The notes under the pieces were generated by a model. It was not told the DNA's origin, did not search any database, and saw only the letters and a program-made list of their open reading frames with translations. Shown piece after piece: positions 39,290 through 50,435 of a stretch of 64,000 nt of DNA. The stretch's first letter is position 1. Every line of letters begins with the position of its first letter. Made by a program: the position numbers and the translations under genes. This stretch comes from Chiloscyllium plagiosum (lineage: Eukaryota): contig NC_057728.1 of NCBI RefSeq assembly GCF_004010195.1, positions 42,785,552-42,849,551 of the forward strand. The letters are read 5' to 3'.

Positions 39290-39359
39290 GTCCGTGCTGT
39301 AAATGGAGCTGGTGCTGGGCCACAAACTTTAGAACAGAAAATAACTATGGATGTTAAAG
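39290..39359 (+). CDS. PTPRQ: PTPRQ exon 14 in window, end of last FN3 repeat
   Basis: tatcctgag (rare GAG acceptor) / gtatgt; 70 nt, phase 0-1; VRAVNGAGAGPQTLEQKITMDVK completes the FN3 F-G strands. Confidence 0.87.
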
Positions 39360-39552
39360 GTATGTATCTTACTAACATTTATTTCATTCAATTGCAAGTG
39401 TTTCAATAATACCCTCATGATTAGGTGAAAAAGAAGTGAGGATAACAGAGAACAAAGAGAAATTTCTGGGCAATAGTGACATTGCCTCTCTTGTCAAAGA
39501 CTCCAGAGACAAAATTTTCATTTTCTTCAAGTACTTTGCCATTACATATTAA

Positions 39553-39856
39553 GGGGCAGCGCAGTGGCTCAGTGGTTAGCACTGCTGCCTCACAGCACCA
39601 AGGACCCGAGTTCGATTCCCACCTCGGGCGACTGTCTGTGTGGAGTTTGTACATTCTCCCTGCGTCTGCGTGGGTTTCCTCCCACAATCCAAAAGATGTG
39701 CTGGTCAGGTGAATTGGCTATGCTAAATTGTGAGAGGTACATTAGTCAGGGGTAAACATAGGGTAGCGGAATGGGTCCGGGTGGGTTACTCTTCGGAGAG
39801 TTGGTGTGAACTTGTTGGGCCGAAGGGCCTGTTTCCATGCTGTAGGGAATCTAATC
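39553..39856 (+). mobile_element. HE1-type V-SINE, near full length
   Basis: A box tggctcagtgg, B box gagttcgattcc, V-domain, and 3' tail gaagggcctgtttccatgctgtagggaatctaatc. Confidence 0.88.
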
Positions 39857-40488
39857 ATCTCCACTCATGGGGTTTGTAAATTCTTCTGCTGAAAGCAGGC
39901 AGAAGAATGTAATATAAGGGTGATAGTGTGCAAAGAAAATGAGGCATGGGATTTTTTTCACAATTTGAAAGGACATTGTAGCCACAGCAACATATCTATT
40001 TTCTATGCATTGTTGCTTTAATGTTTCAATGTGTGCATCTTTGTCAGCTTTCTTTCTTATCCTATACAGACGGATTGGAAGAGAAAGAAATATAATTATG
40101 TAAGCTTTCAAAGTTATAGGTTTGGATTCCGCGGAGTCAGAAAGACTCAGAAATCCATGAAAGGTAGTGGTCAGGACCCAATTTCTGCCCCCTACCTATT
40201 CCCAGCAGCTCCATTTTCACTGGCTCAGCATTAGGGTACAAGTAGTGAACATGCAGTATAGACTCCAGATCTGCTGGCTCCAATGCAGGGTTAGTCCACT
40301 TTTCATGGCTTATGGATTGTGGCTCCTCAGAGGAATAATGAAGCATAGTCAGGATTCAAGAACCTTTTGAAAAATATCTTCAAAACATTTTATCCATGAT
40401 CCCCATACTCTCTCAATGCCAACTCATATTCCTTCCATACCCATTCATCTGCCACCATAGCCCTCTATAGCCCCATATTAACTCCATG

Positions 40489-40692
40489 CTGAAAATGTGT
40501 TGCTGGAAAAGCGCAGCAGGTCAGGCAGCATCCAAGGAACAGGAGAATCGACGTTTCGGGCATAAGCCCCTGAAGAAGGGCTTATGCCCGAAACGTCGAT
40601 TCTCCTGTTCCTTGGATGCTGCCTGACCTGCTGCGCTTTTCCAGCAACACATTTTCAGCTCTGATCTCCAGCATCTGCAGTCCTCCCTTTCT
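40489..40692 (+). mobile_element. Fold-back (palindromic) family A Penelope-derived insertion
   Basis: 16-bp TSD ccatattaactccatg at 40473-40488 and 40693-40708; perfect inverted arms of about 82 bp around the spacer ctgaagaa. Confidence 0.85.
40570..40597 (+). ncRNA. Minimal type I hammerhead ribozyme core (predicted)
   Basis: CUGAAGA-A-GGGC(UUAU)GCCC-GAAA-CG-UC: all conserved core residues are present, with an extra A after A9 and palindromic ACGU in place of stem III; stem I is lost at the inversion. Confidence 0.65.
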
Positions 40693-41039
40693 CCATATTA
40701 ACTCCATGTCAAATCATTCCTACTCCATGCCAACTAATGGATCTTCCTTACCCATACACCCACCCTCATAGCACTTTTTAGCCAACATTCTACTTCATTC
40801 CCTTCTCACGCTTATTCACCCAATAAACACATTAGAGAAGCACTTGGCATAGATATTTTTAAATCCAGCTGCTTAGGGTTATTATAACGTACCTCCGGAC
40901 TCGAACTAAAATTCAGGGGACACTTGACTCTCCGCCCAGAAATAGAGACACTACCACTGCATTACAAGAGGCCTTATCACTTGGCCTGTAATGAGGTGTG
41001 GAATTCTTTGAAAAAAAAAGTCTGCATTTGATCTCATCA

Positions 41040-41830
41040 GTGCAGAGAAGACCATACTACCAGCAATGAATATAGTGAACTCCATTGAAAAAAATGCAGG
41101 TGAATGACTGTTTCAGATAGAGGATAGAGCCTTGGATGATGAGGAGTTAAAAGAGCAAGTGTTATACCTATTGCCTTTGTATGGGGAGATGCTATGGAAG
41201 AGAGGAGCTTTTAAGAGTGATGGAGAAGTAGGCTGCGGTGTTGCAGAGGGAATGCTTCCTGTGCAATGTTGACAAGTGAGAGGAAAGACAAATGTATTAG
41301 GTTGTGGTATCTCTCTGGAGGTGGCAGAATTGGTTCAAGATGATTGGAAAATGAGGACAAGGAGAGACCCAGCATTGGAAAGTTGGGAAGTTGTGAAGGC
41401 AAAGTTGCAAGAACGGTCCAAAGGAGCTCAGGGCCCTGGGGAGTGGTAGTAGGGTGGTGGGTGGTGCTGAGAGTGGAAGGAAGAGCATTAGTTGGCATGG
41501 TATCCTTGATTGAGGGAAAAGAAATACAGGTTGGAAGCTGCTTTGTGGAAGATGGCATCATCAAAACAGTTGCAACAGAGACAGAGAAGCTAGGAGAATG
41601 GAATTGAGTCCTTACTGAAGGAAAGATGTGAGGAAGTGTAGTCAAAGTAACTGCAGAGGTTGTTGGCTTTGTAATTGATGTTGATGAACAGCTTTTCCCT
41701 AGAAATAGAGACAGAAGTCAAGGATGGGAAGGGAAGAGTCAAAGATGGGCCAGGTGGCCATGAGAGAGAAATGGAAACTAGAAGCAAATAGATTTATGTT
41801 TTCAATTCCAGACAAGAGTCGGAAGCCAAC
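41040..41830 (-). mobile_element. Decayed Penelope-like element ORF fragment
   Basis: Minus strand INYKANNLCSYFDYTSSHLSFSKDSIPFS resembles the Penelope YxKPTxxxxYLxYxSxHPxxxKxSIPFSQ motif downstream of the RT. Confidence 0.75.
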
Positions 41831-42258
41831 GATGTCATCGGCCATAGAGATCTAACAATCTTCTCATGCCATAAAGTCAAAATAAATCCACCTTCATGTA
41901 CTTATGAATAATAAAAGCTGCCTATTGTTTTGTATTTTCTGAATTATAAAAACCAAATCACAAGGGAATGACAAGATACTGGTTGTGATGCATAATAATG
42001 AGATACATGCAACAAGCCTCAGTCTTCATATGTTTTAATGGCATCACAATTGTGAAAGTATCTCAAAAGCTTTCATGGCACATGCATAATACAAATATAT
42101 TGAGAATACATACTTAATATTTTTATATTATAACCACACCTGCTACCAAGCTAAATGTTTAAAGTTTTAGTAACACTAGAAAACAGTGTATGACATTTTA
42201 TTTATATTTTCAATGTTGTTTCAAACAATGATTTTCATTACTCCATTCTTTTCCACAG

Positions 42259-42417
42259 CTCCACCAAAACCTTCTTTTAAACCAGCTGTTGCTTTGGATA
42301 AAAATGGAGCATTGCAAGTCACTTCCACAACTATGACAATCAGAATGCCTACATGTTATTTCACAGACGAACATGGTTCTATAAAAAAAATACAAGTTAT
42401 AGTGACTGAAATAAGAG
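42259..42417 (+). CDS. PTPRQ: PTPRQ exon 15 in window, membrane-proximal domain
   Basis: ttccacag / gtaaaa; 159 nt, phase 1-1; APPKPSFKPAVALDKNGALQVTSTTMTIRMPTCYFTDEHGSIKKIQVIVTEIR. Confidence 0.93.
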
Positions 42418-43159
42418 GTAAAAATTCATTACTTTTTCCAAAGTTTGACATCAATCAAATATAACTAACATGAGGAAATTAATTGATAATTGTTCACCAC
42501 TTTGCCTCAGTCTAACACCATTACATTTGTGGTGCTGCCATTGGTAATATATCCTCTTTTTTATCTTGTGTGATGCACTTAACATTTGCAGATCTTTAAT
42601 TATTGTTTGGTCCAACCATTCGCATGTGGTAACTTCAAGAGTTTGACTTGTGTGTGGAAACTTCTGGGTTGCTTTGTGGCTGCACTGCTTAGAGGTAATA
42701 TAGACTATGGGACTGATTCCCTGATTAAGCATTTTCAGAGAAGAGCTGATATTGTGCAAGAACATTCAGCAAGAGATTGGGTGCACTGAAAGTTCCATTT
42801 CTGAAACTTGACCAGACTTTAGGAGTTCTAGAAAGGAGTGTCAGTCTTAGAGAAGATACGGGTGGTATAATTGTATTCAGATTCTCAAACTATGCAAGTT
42901 TTGCATGCAATATGTCAAGCAACATCATTGTTTTTATTTTGTATTAAAGACTCCATTTTGAAGGTGAAAAGTTACTTCTTCTATGATTTTGTGAATAAGC
43001 TTTATCTGGAGAATGTCATTAAGCCAGTCAAATCTGTAAGACTGGTATCATGTCTCTCTGTCTGTCTATCTGTAAGATGCATTGACTGAGATAAAAATTA
43101 ACAATAAATTTTCTTGCCCTATTGGAGCAAGAAAGGTAGACAAATGCAGTGTAAATGAA

Positions 43160-44860
43160 AGAACCTAGGCTGAATCCCATGCTGTTCGGCTAATCTGAGT
43201 TGCATTGTGTTTTTGGAGAGTTTTTTTTGTTGCAAGGCCAAGCAGGTTTTCTTGTCTTAACCTCTTCAATTACTAAGTCTGACCCTATGGTTTTTCTAAT
43301 GTCTAATTTCTACCCCATTTTACCATGCACTGTTTCCACAACAACCCACTACTCAGCAGATGTTCGCCTAAGAACCAGAATCCCTTATGCCTGTTTAAAA
43401 CCTGTTTTGTGTCTTGATGAATATTGGCACTGCCACATTCTGTGACAGGGGCCTGGAGGTTCTGGTCAATGCCATGGCCCAGAGGAGAGGTACCCAGAGG
43501 ACGACTGACAGAGCTTTCCAGCTTGGTGTCACGTGGCCACCTGGGTCAGTAATACCCCCACAAGTCCAGCAGAATGCAGATTGAAGGTCAGTGATCTTCT
43601 CCACTCCTCTAGGGTATATGTCATATTCTTCACTTTACCACCTCACACTCAGTCCATCTCTGTAACTGCACACACTTCCTGCCAATGCTCATGCTCTACC
43701 AGTCTCATTATTGCTTGCAATAACTTTGTTCACTCATTTGCACCCCCCCCCATAACCCTCCCATAGTCCTAATCCTGCATGTCCTTCATTCTGCCTGTTT
43801 AGCCCTTCTGTATACCTCACTACCTTTACCTTGCCCTCACATATATCAAGACTGAAGTCATACCACCCATCGTAATCCCACTCATTGGTCCCCTTTTGCT
43901 CATTACAGCCCATTACATGGCAGAGACAGCCAAGACAGAAGGAGGGTGCCTGATCCCCTACAAGGAGAGAATCCTTGTCCTTGCAGGAGTAAATCAACAC
44001 CACTCCTACAGGGATGCAGTAATATCCATTTCCTGCCTTATGAGTAGGTATCCCACATCAGCTCTAACCTGATGTCACTCTCAGTCATTGCACATCACTT
44101 CTAATCATCAGCTGCAATGCCTTCTTTCTCTTTTGCCTTGCAGGTTCTGCTAGCTTACCCTCGATCTCTGTAGGGAAATGCTCAGTTCCACCAGAAGCAT
44201 TAATCTTAACCTCAGGTCTGAGGACAAGAGTATGGAGGTCTTGGAGGACACAACAACAAGGATGTCACCTTGCACCAGCTTTAGGCAGGGGAGGGAGATA
44301 GAAGTGCAGGGTGGGGACCCATAGACATGGCGAGTGTAAGCACCTCACAGTGACAACTCTGCAACTGGCTGAGGAAGGAATGGTCTAGACTGGCAGAGAT
44401 GAGGTACCTGTGCAACCCCAAGCAGGAGATGATCCTGTGGTGTTGGCAATCAGGGCCTTCATCCCAATGCACAGTGCAGAACAGCAGCATCAGACAGGCA
44501 AATGGGACTTAGGGCCTTCTTTTCACATTAGTTGCATCAATGGAAAAGGTTGACAGGTGCCATCAAGAGCTAGGCCCAGTTCCCACATGGGCAGCTAGAG
44601 AGGTGCACGCATCTGCACTCCATCGCCCCACGTGTTGGTGTCCAGGATCAAACACATGGGCACAGGGTTTTTGGGAACCTTGACCCTAGTCCAAGTGCCC
44701 CTCCTCACAAGCAAACAGGAGAGTGCCAGAGGCACCCAGCCTTCTGGGTGGAACCACACGCAATCCTCTTGGCGGTTTCCACTCAGGACACCCCAGGCGG
44801 AGCCTTTGGAAGTTCAAGTAGAGGCAAGTCAACTTACCTCCACAAATATCCCCATCCTCA
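43160..44860 (+). mobile_element. Probable Harbinger Myb/SANT-like accessory gene remnant
   Basis: About 43440-43615 reads DRGLEVLVNAMAQRR..AWCHVATWVS..ECRLKVSDLLHSSR, then a gt donor; resembles the Myb-like W..VA..V....CRKKxxDL motif. Confidence 0.4.
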
Positions 44861-44869
44861 ATAATGAGG

Positions 44870-45300
44870 GAGCCCAGCACATCAACGCAATAACTTGCTC
44901 ACTGATACTCAATTTAAGTTCCAACAGGACCACTCTGCTCCTGACCTTATTACAGTTTTAGTTCAAACATGGACAAAGAATTCCAGAGATGAGGATTGAG
45001 TGACTGTCCTTGACAATGAGGAGCCTGAGTAAAACTGCAGTCAATGAAATCAGAGGGAAAACTCTCCACTAATTCGAGTCATACCTGGCAGAAAGTAAGA
45101 TGGTCTAGTTGTTGGAGGTCAGAATTTCTGCAGGAGTTGATGACGGTACTGTCTATTATTGAACCATCTTCAGCTCTTCATTGTTAGTCTTCCCTCTATC
45201 ATCAGATCAGAAGTGAGGATGTTTGCCAATTATTGCACAAAGTTCAATGCCATTCATGACTTGTCAGGCACAGAAGCAATCTGTATACAAATGCAGCAAC
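44870..45300 (+). mobile_element. CR1/L2-group LINE RT fragment
   Basis: LPSIIRSEVRMFANYCT..MQQHL, matching the 24769-25044 peptide. Confidence 0.75.
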
Positions 45301-46569
45301 ACCTTTCTTTTTCTAGTTTTGTTTATGAGATGTTTAATTTATAATGGGAAAGTAAGAATACATATTTTAACTGCTAATGTGTCTGGTTTCTGTAAGTGGA
45401 AAATGAAACAATACATGCTGTGGGTGGGGTGTAACCACACTCAAAATGTAGACACAGTTGGGCCCTATGGTAACGTAGAATAAACTTCTCTGAATTTTAT
45501 TAACCATTTTGTCCTGCAATACTCATGTTACCAGATCACCATATGATGTTTTAGTGTCGATGACTTGCTGCATATGCAATTCATTGAGGATTATGCAATT
45601 CTGCTATCACTTAAAAATGTGATCTATTTTATCACTGTTCTCTTCAGCCACGTCAGCTATTTTGGGCTGGAATTCTGCAGAGAACTCTGCAGATTTTTAA
45701 GAATAGCCACCAGGACCAGTTGTGAGGTTAGCCCATTTCCTAAAGATCTAGTTTTTGCTAGTTGAGAAAAGAGACCTGGATGATTCACACAGGTGGGAAT
45801 CCTGAACTCAGCAGGGCCAGTTAATCTGTGCTGAATTCAAATAGACCATCTCCTTTGGATAGTTCATGACCCTTAAATCACAGTGTGGGAGTCACAACTT
45901 AGTGAAATAAGCATAACTGCCCTTGAAAGGTCTGTTTAAAGTGCAATAATAGGAAATTTTTAGCTGCCTTGGTCTTTAAACTGTAAAAAGACTGTTAGTA
46001 GGAATTAACAATTCTTTCGGATATCTTGGATTGAAAGATGGAAGTTAAAAAAGATGCAAGTAGTCATGAATTTCAGTAGATCCGTTTATTATCATTTTAC
46101 CAAAGCTCATCATTCTGTCATGCTTGGCTGAGTTTCAAAGTCTACACTTATCTTTGGGAACTGTGTTTGTAGTTTGATCAACGATAAGTTTTTTATTTGT
46201 GTTCAAGTAAAGTATATTTCAAAGTCTATCACATTTTCTCTTGCCTTAGTCAGTATTTCTACAAAGTAATAACATTACAATGTATGTATTCCTACTGAGA
46301 TGTGCACATTTTGACACATACCTTCTCTCAGAAATTGACTTTTGTGCGAGAATAAATGCTGTTATAAAGGCTCATATTTCAAAGACAGAAAGATGCAGAT
46401 GTGTGATGATTAAAGCATCTTAAACCAATAATGATATTATTTATATTATATTAATGTGCCGATCAAGGTGAGATACATTGAAATGTGAAAGATCTTCTCA
46501 TTTTAGGCACATAGTGTCAGCATAACCTAAGGGATCTTATTCAGCATCTGACTCTAAATTACGGTGGCA

Positions 46570-46850
46570 TGCATTTCAGGTGATGGGGGAAAGTTCGAAG
46601 GAGATGTGAGGGGCAAAACTTTTTACACAGAGGGTGGTAGGAAAATGGAACATGTTGCCGGGGTGGTGGTGGAGCCAGATATGATAGGGGCACTTAAGGG
46701 ACTTTTAGATATTAGTACATGAATATGCAAGGAATGGAGGAATATGTACCAAGGCAGGTCAGATGGTATTAGTTTGATTTGGTGTCAAGTTCAGCACAAC
46801 ATTGTGGACCGAAGGCCCTGTTTCTGTGCTGTACTGTCCTATGTTCTATG
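46570..46850 (+). mobile_element. CR1 LINE 3' end
   Basis: ttttacacagagggtggtagg..gaaggccctgtttctgtgctgtactgtcctatgttctatg. Confidence 0.8.
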
Positions 46851-47547
46851 TCATACCTACTAAGAAGTGTCTCACACTAATGATGCATCTCAGACACATC
46901 CTCTGACAAGCATCCTAAATTCGTAAGTGCTGCATGTTCTATTTCCTGCACTGCCATCATGTGGTTTATGAAAGTTCCAATTCTAGCTTTTTAAATCTTG
47001 AATACATGAGTTATAGCTTTTTAAATCTTCATATAAGAAAACAATTTTTCCATGAAATGAGATGAAATCAACATGTATCCATACTGTGAAAAAGTAGAAA
47101 TCTACGTGTTACATGTATACTTTATTACAATTTAATATCTCAACAATTTTCAGTATTTCAGTTTTGACAAACTGTTTCCCACTTGTTCCTAAAGTCATAG
47201 TTCAATTACAGTGTTTGTCATCATATTCAATTTAGTTTTGCACATATCTTGAATTGAAACAAAATGTACTGAGACCAGTTTCAAAGTTATAGCAGCCTCG
47301 GGTCATTCAGCCCATTTAGTGTGCTTCACCATTCAATATGATCATGGATGACTATCCACATTGATGCATTTTTACCCATGCTATCCCCATATCCCTTTGT
47401 ATTCATTGGTATTTAGAATATTTTAATCTCTACTTTGAACATTCTCAGTAACTGAACTTTCGCGGATGTCTGGGACAGAGAATATTAAAGATTTACAAGC
47501 TATTGAATAAAAAGAAAGTTATGGTCTTCTCCATTCTGATTAGCTTT

Positions 47548-47761
47548 AGTTAAAAATCACACAACACCAAGTTATAGTCCAACAGATTTAATTGGAAGCA
47601 CTAGCTTTCAAAGCGCTGCTCCTTCATCAGGTGGTTGATGAACTACCTGACAAAGGAGCAGCACTCTGAAAGCTAGTGCTTCCAATTAAACCTGTTGGAC
47701 TATAACCTAGTGTTGTGTGATTTTTAACTTTGTACACCCCAGTCCAACACCAGCATCTCCA
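47548..47761. mobile_element. Fold-back Penelope-derived insertion (family C)
   Basis: Inverted arms 47548-47636 and 47641-47729 around gatg, with an unpaired tail tgtacaccccagtccaacaccagcatctcca. Confidence 0.8.
47599..47633 (-). ncRNA. Minimal type I hammerhead ribozyme (predicted, AGCU variant)
   Basis: Minus strand CAC-CUGAUGA-A-GGAGC(AGC)GCUUU-GAAA-GC-UA-GUG: intact core, stem I CAC/GUG, stem II with two G-U pairs, palindromic AGCU. Confidence 0.65.
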
Positions 47762-49114
47762 TATGCTAATTATTTATAAATTATACCCCTAATTCTTAAT
47801 TCCTCAACCAACAGAAACATCGGGCCTGTATCTACTTTGTCTGTATCTTAAAGTATTTTATAGGTTTCAATGCAATCGCCGCTTATCATCAAAATTCTAG
47901 AGAACACAGGCTCAATTTCCTCCATCTCCCTTTATTGGATAGTCCTGCCATCCCAGGAACAAAAATGGTGAACCTTTGTTGCACTCCATCTATGGCAATG
48001 ATATGCTTCCTTAGATAAGAGAACCAAAACTGCTCAAGGTACTCATTGCGGTCTAAGCAAGGCTAGCTATAATTGTACCCAAATCCTCTTGTAATAAAGG
48101 CTGGCTTTCTTTCAGCCTTTCTGATTGCTTGCTGTAGCTCACATTAGCCTTCAACTACTTATTGATGGCCACACTCACGTCCCTTTGTACATCTGTACTT
48201 TCAAATCTCTTTTCATTTAAGAAGTACTCTATACATCTGATCCTCTGATCATTGTCAATAACCTCACATTTTTCCACATTCCATCTTTTGTGTTCTTTCG
48301 TATCCATTAAATCTGCCAAAATTCTCTTGAAACTAATTTGCATCTTCCTCAGAGCACATTCCCACCCTAACTTTGTGTCATTTGCGAACTTGAAAGTATT
48401 ACATTTGGTACCCACATCTATTGTGAACAGTTGATGCCAAGTACTCAACAAATCCAATCCAATTCTGGCAACCAAGTAGCTCTTTTCTATGAAACTTACA
48501 TAATCCTTAATTTCTTTTGTTGACTGACTTTTTTGGGATTTTGTTAACTTGAAAGAATGTATAGTATCTGTAAACTATGGAACAATTCTTTAAAGACTAT
48601 CCGTTGCCTATATACCAATGAATTTTTAATGTTTTGCCCCAATCCACCTCAGCCAAGTTGCTCCTCATACCCTTATTTTTCCTTCATTCAGGTTTAGCAA
48701 TTAAGTTTCAAAGTAAACTACCTCACTTTCACACACATAAAGTAAAATTCTATCATATTATGATCACTCATCCCTAAAAGTTCTTTTGTGACAAGATTAT
48801 TAATTAGCCAGTTTTGCCACATACATTAGATCTAAAATAGTCTGTTCTCCAGTAGGTTCCTTAGCATACTGCTCAAGAAAACCATCATCAACACATCCCT
48901 AAAACACCGTGCATTAGTACTCATTATATTTATCCAGTGGATATACAGGTTGAAATCACCTGTGGTTACTGAATTGCCTATGTTACATGCTTTTCTAATT
49001 AATATCACGTGCCTGATTAATGGCCCATGCTATCATCATAGTTTGTTCTTCTTTAAATAATTTATATCAAAGTTTGCTATCCCTTGCTGTTTCTTAGCTC
49101 TACCTTAGCTAATC

Positions 49115-49525
49115 CTAGGTAAAAGCAATGACTGCAGATGCTGGAAACCAGATTCTGGATTAGTGGTGCTGGGAGAGCACAGCAGTTCAGGCAGCATCTG
49201 AGGAGCAGTAAAATCAACGTTTCGGGCAAAAGCCCTTCATCAGGAATACAGGCAGAGTGCCTGAAGGGTAGAGAGATAAATGAGAGGAGGATGGGGGTGG
49301 GGAGGGGGAGAAAGTAGCACAGAGTACTCCCTGACATTCTTGTAGAGAGAGGAGGAAAACTTCTTCAAGAAGGCATCCTTGCAAAAGGATTCACAGTAGG
49401 GTTAAAATCAACTAGGTAAAAACAATGACTGCAGATGCTGGAAACCAGATTCTGGATTAGTGGTGCTGGAAGAGCACAGCAGTTCAGGCAGCATCCGAGG
49501 AGCAGTAAAATCGACGTTTCAGGCA
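49115..49525 (-). mobile_element. Family A Penelope-derived partial tandem (pseudo-LTR arrangement)
   Basis: Direct repeats of about 114 bp at 49115-49228 and 49412-49525 (period about 297 bp). Confidence 0.8.
49214..49245 (-). ncRNA. Minimal type I hammerhead ribozyme (predicted, ACGU variant)
   Basis: Minus strand UC-CUGAUGA-A-GGGC(UUUU)GCCC-GAAA-CG-UU-GA; the second repeat has GAAACGUC-GA but is truncated before CUGAUGA. Confidence 0.65.
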
Positions 49526-50435
49526 CTAGCTCAACCAGATGGACCTCATAGAAAATGTGTTCCCTGATTGGGGCTGTTAACCTAATCCAATCAGGGAGCC
49601 ATGGCAGACACATTAGAACAGGAGTGTCAGACATCCTGTTCACTCTGAGAGCTGCTGCTGAGGGACTCTCCACATGTAAATAAAGCATGATGGGATATCA
49701 ACCTCTGTGGAGTTATTTCAATGGTGACAAAAGTGGGATTAATGATGAAATCATACAAAAGCACCTGCTAACTCAAGCCCAACTGGACATCAAAAAGGCA
49801 CTTTAACTGGCTTCATCATTGGAAAATGCAGCAGCAGAGCATATGACTTGCAGGGTATTCCAATGGAAGCAAATACCCTCACCAGCTCGATTGAGCTTGG
49901 AGAACACCAATTTCATAACCTCACTCAAGACAGATCCTGAACAGAGTGATTCTAGATCAATCCACAGCAAAACCCCAAAACCAAGCCAAGCCTTGGCCAA
50001 ACAGTTAAAAATTTCTTCAAGATCCAGGCTGGTAAGTCATTGTAGTTGCTGGTAGTAAATTTTATGACTGATTGTAATAAAAAGCTCAAACACAAGCTTA
50101 ATGGGGCAAAATTGGTTGAGAAGGATTCCGAGATAGGCTCAATACTTTTTGATTAGAAAATGGCTGCCTGAGTGAAGTCCTAATTAAATACCTAGAAGCT
50201 TTTCAGGAAGGTCTAGGGACTATCAAATAAGCCAAGGCCACTTTGCTTGTTGGCCAAAAAGTAATTCCACGATTCTGAAAGGCTCACCCAGTGACGGTTG
50301 CCTTATGGGCAAAAGTAGAGGCAGAAATCAGCAGGCTGGAAACAAATGAATCATCAAATCATCAGTTTGCTGAATTGATAGCACTAGTCATACTGATTAT
50401 GAATCCCAACAGTTTGCCTTTCTGGGGATTTTAAA

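Larger units (their letters stand above)
47285..49114 (-). mobile_element. Old CR1 LINE ORF2 (3' end to endonuclease), resuming at 54646
   Basis: FKFANDTKLG, VEKCEV, SDHNMIEF, GDFN and VELRNSKG on the minus strand. Confidence 0.75.

Noticed and set aside
39553..39625. tRNA gene (also at about 195-266, 26965, 27486, 32226, 61011)
   Set aside because: A and B boxes are present, but I see no complete cloverleaf and each head runs into a SINE body.
46983..47030. 16-bp direct repeat tagctttttaaatctt
   Set aside because: An isolated micro-duplication in AT-rich intron with no associated structure.
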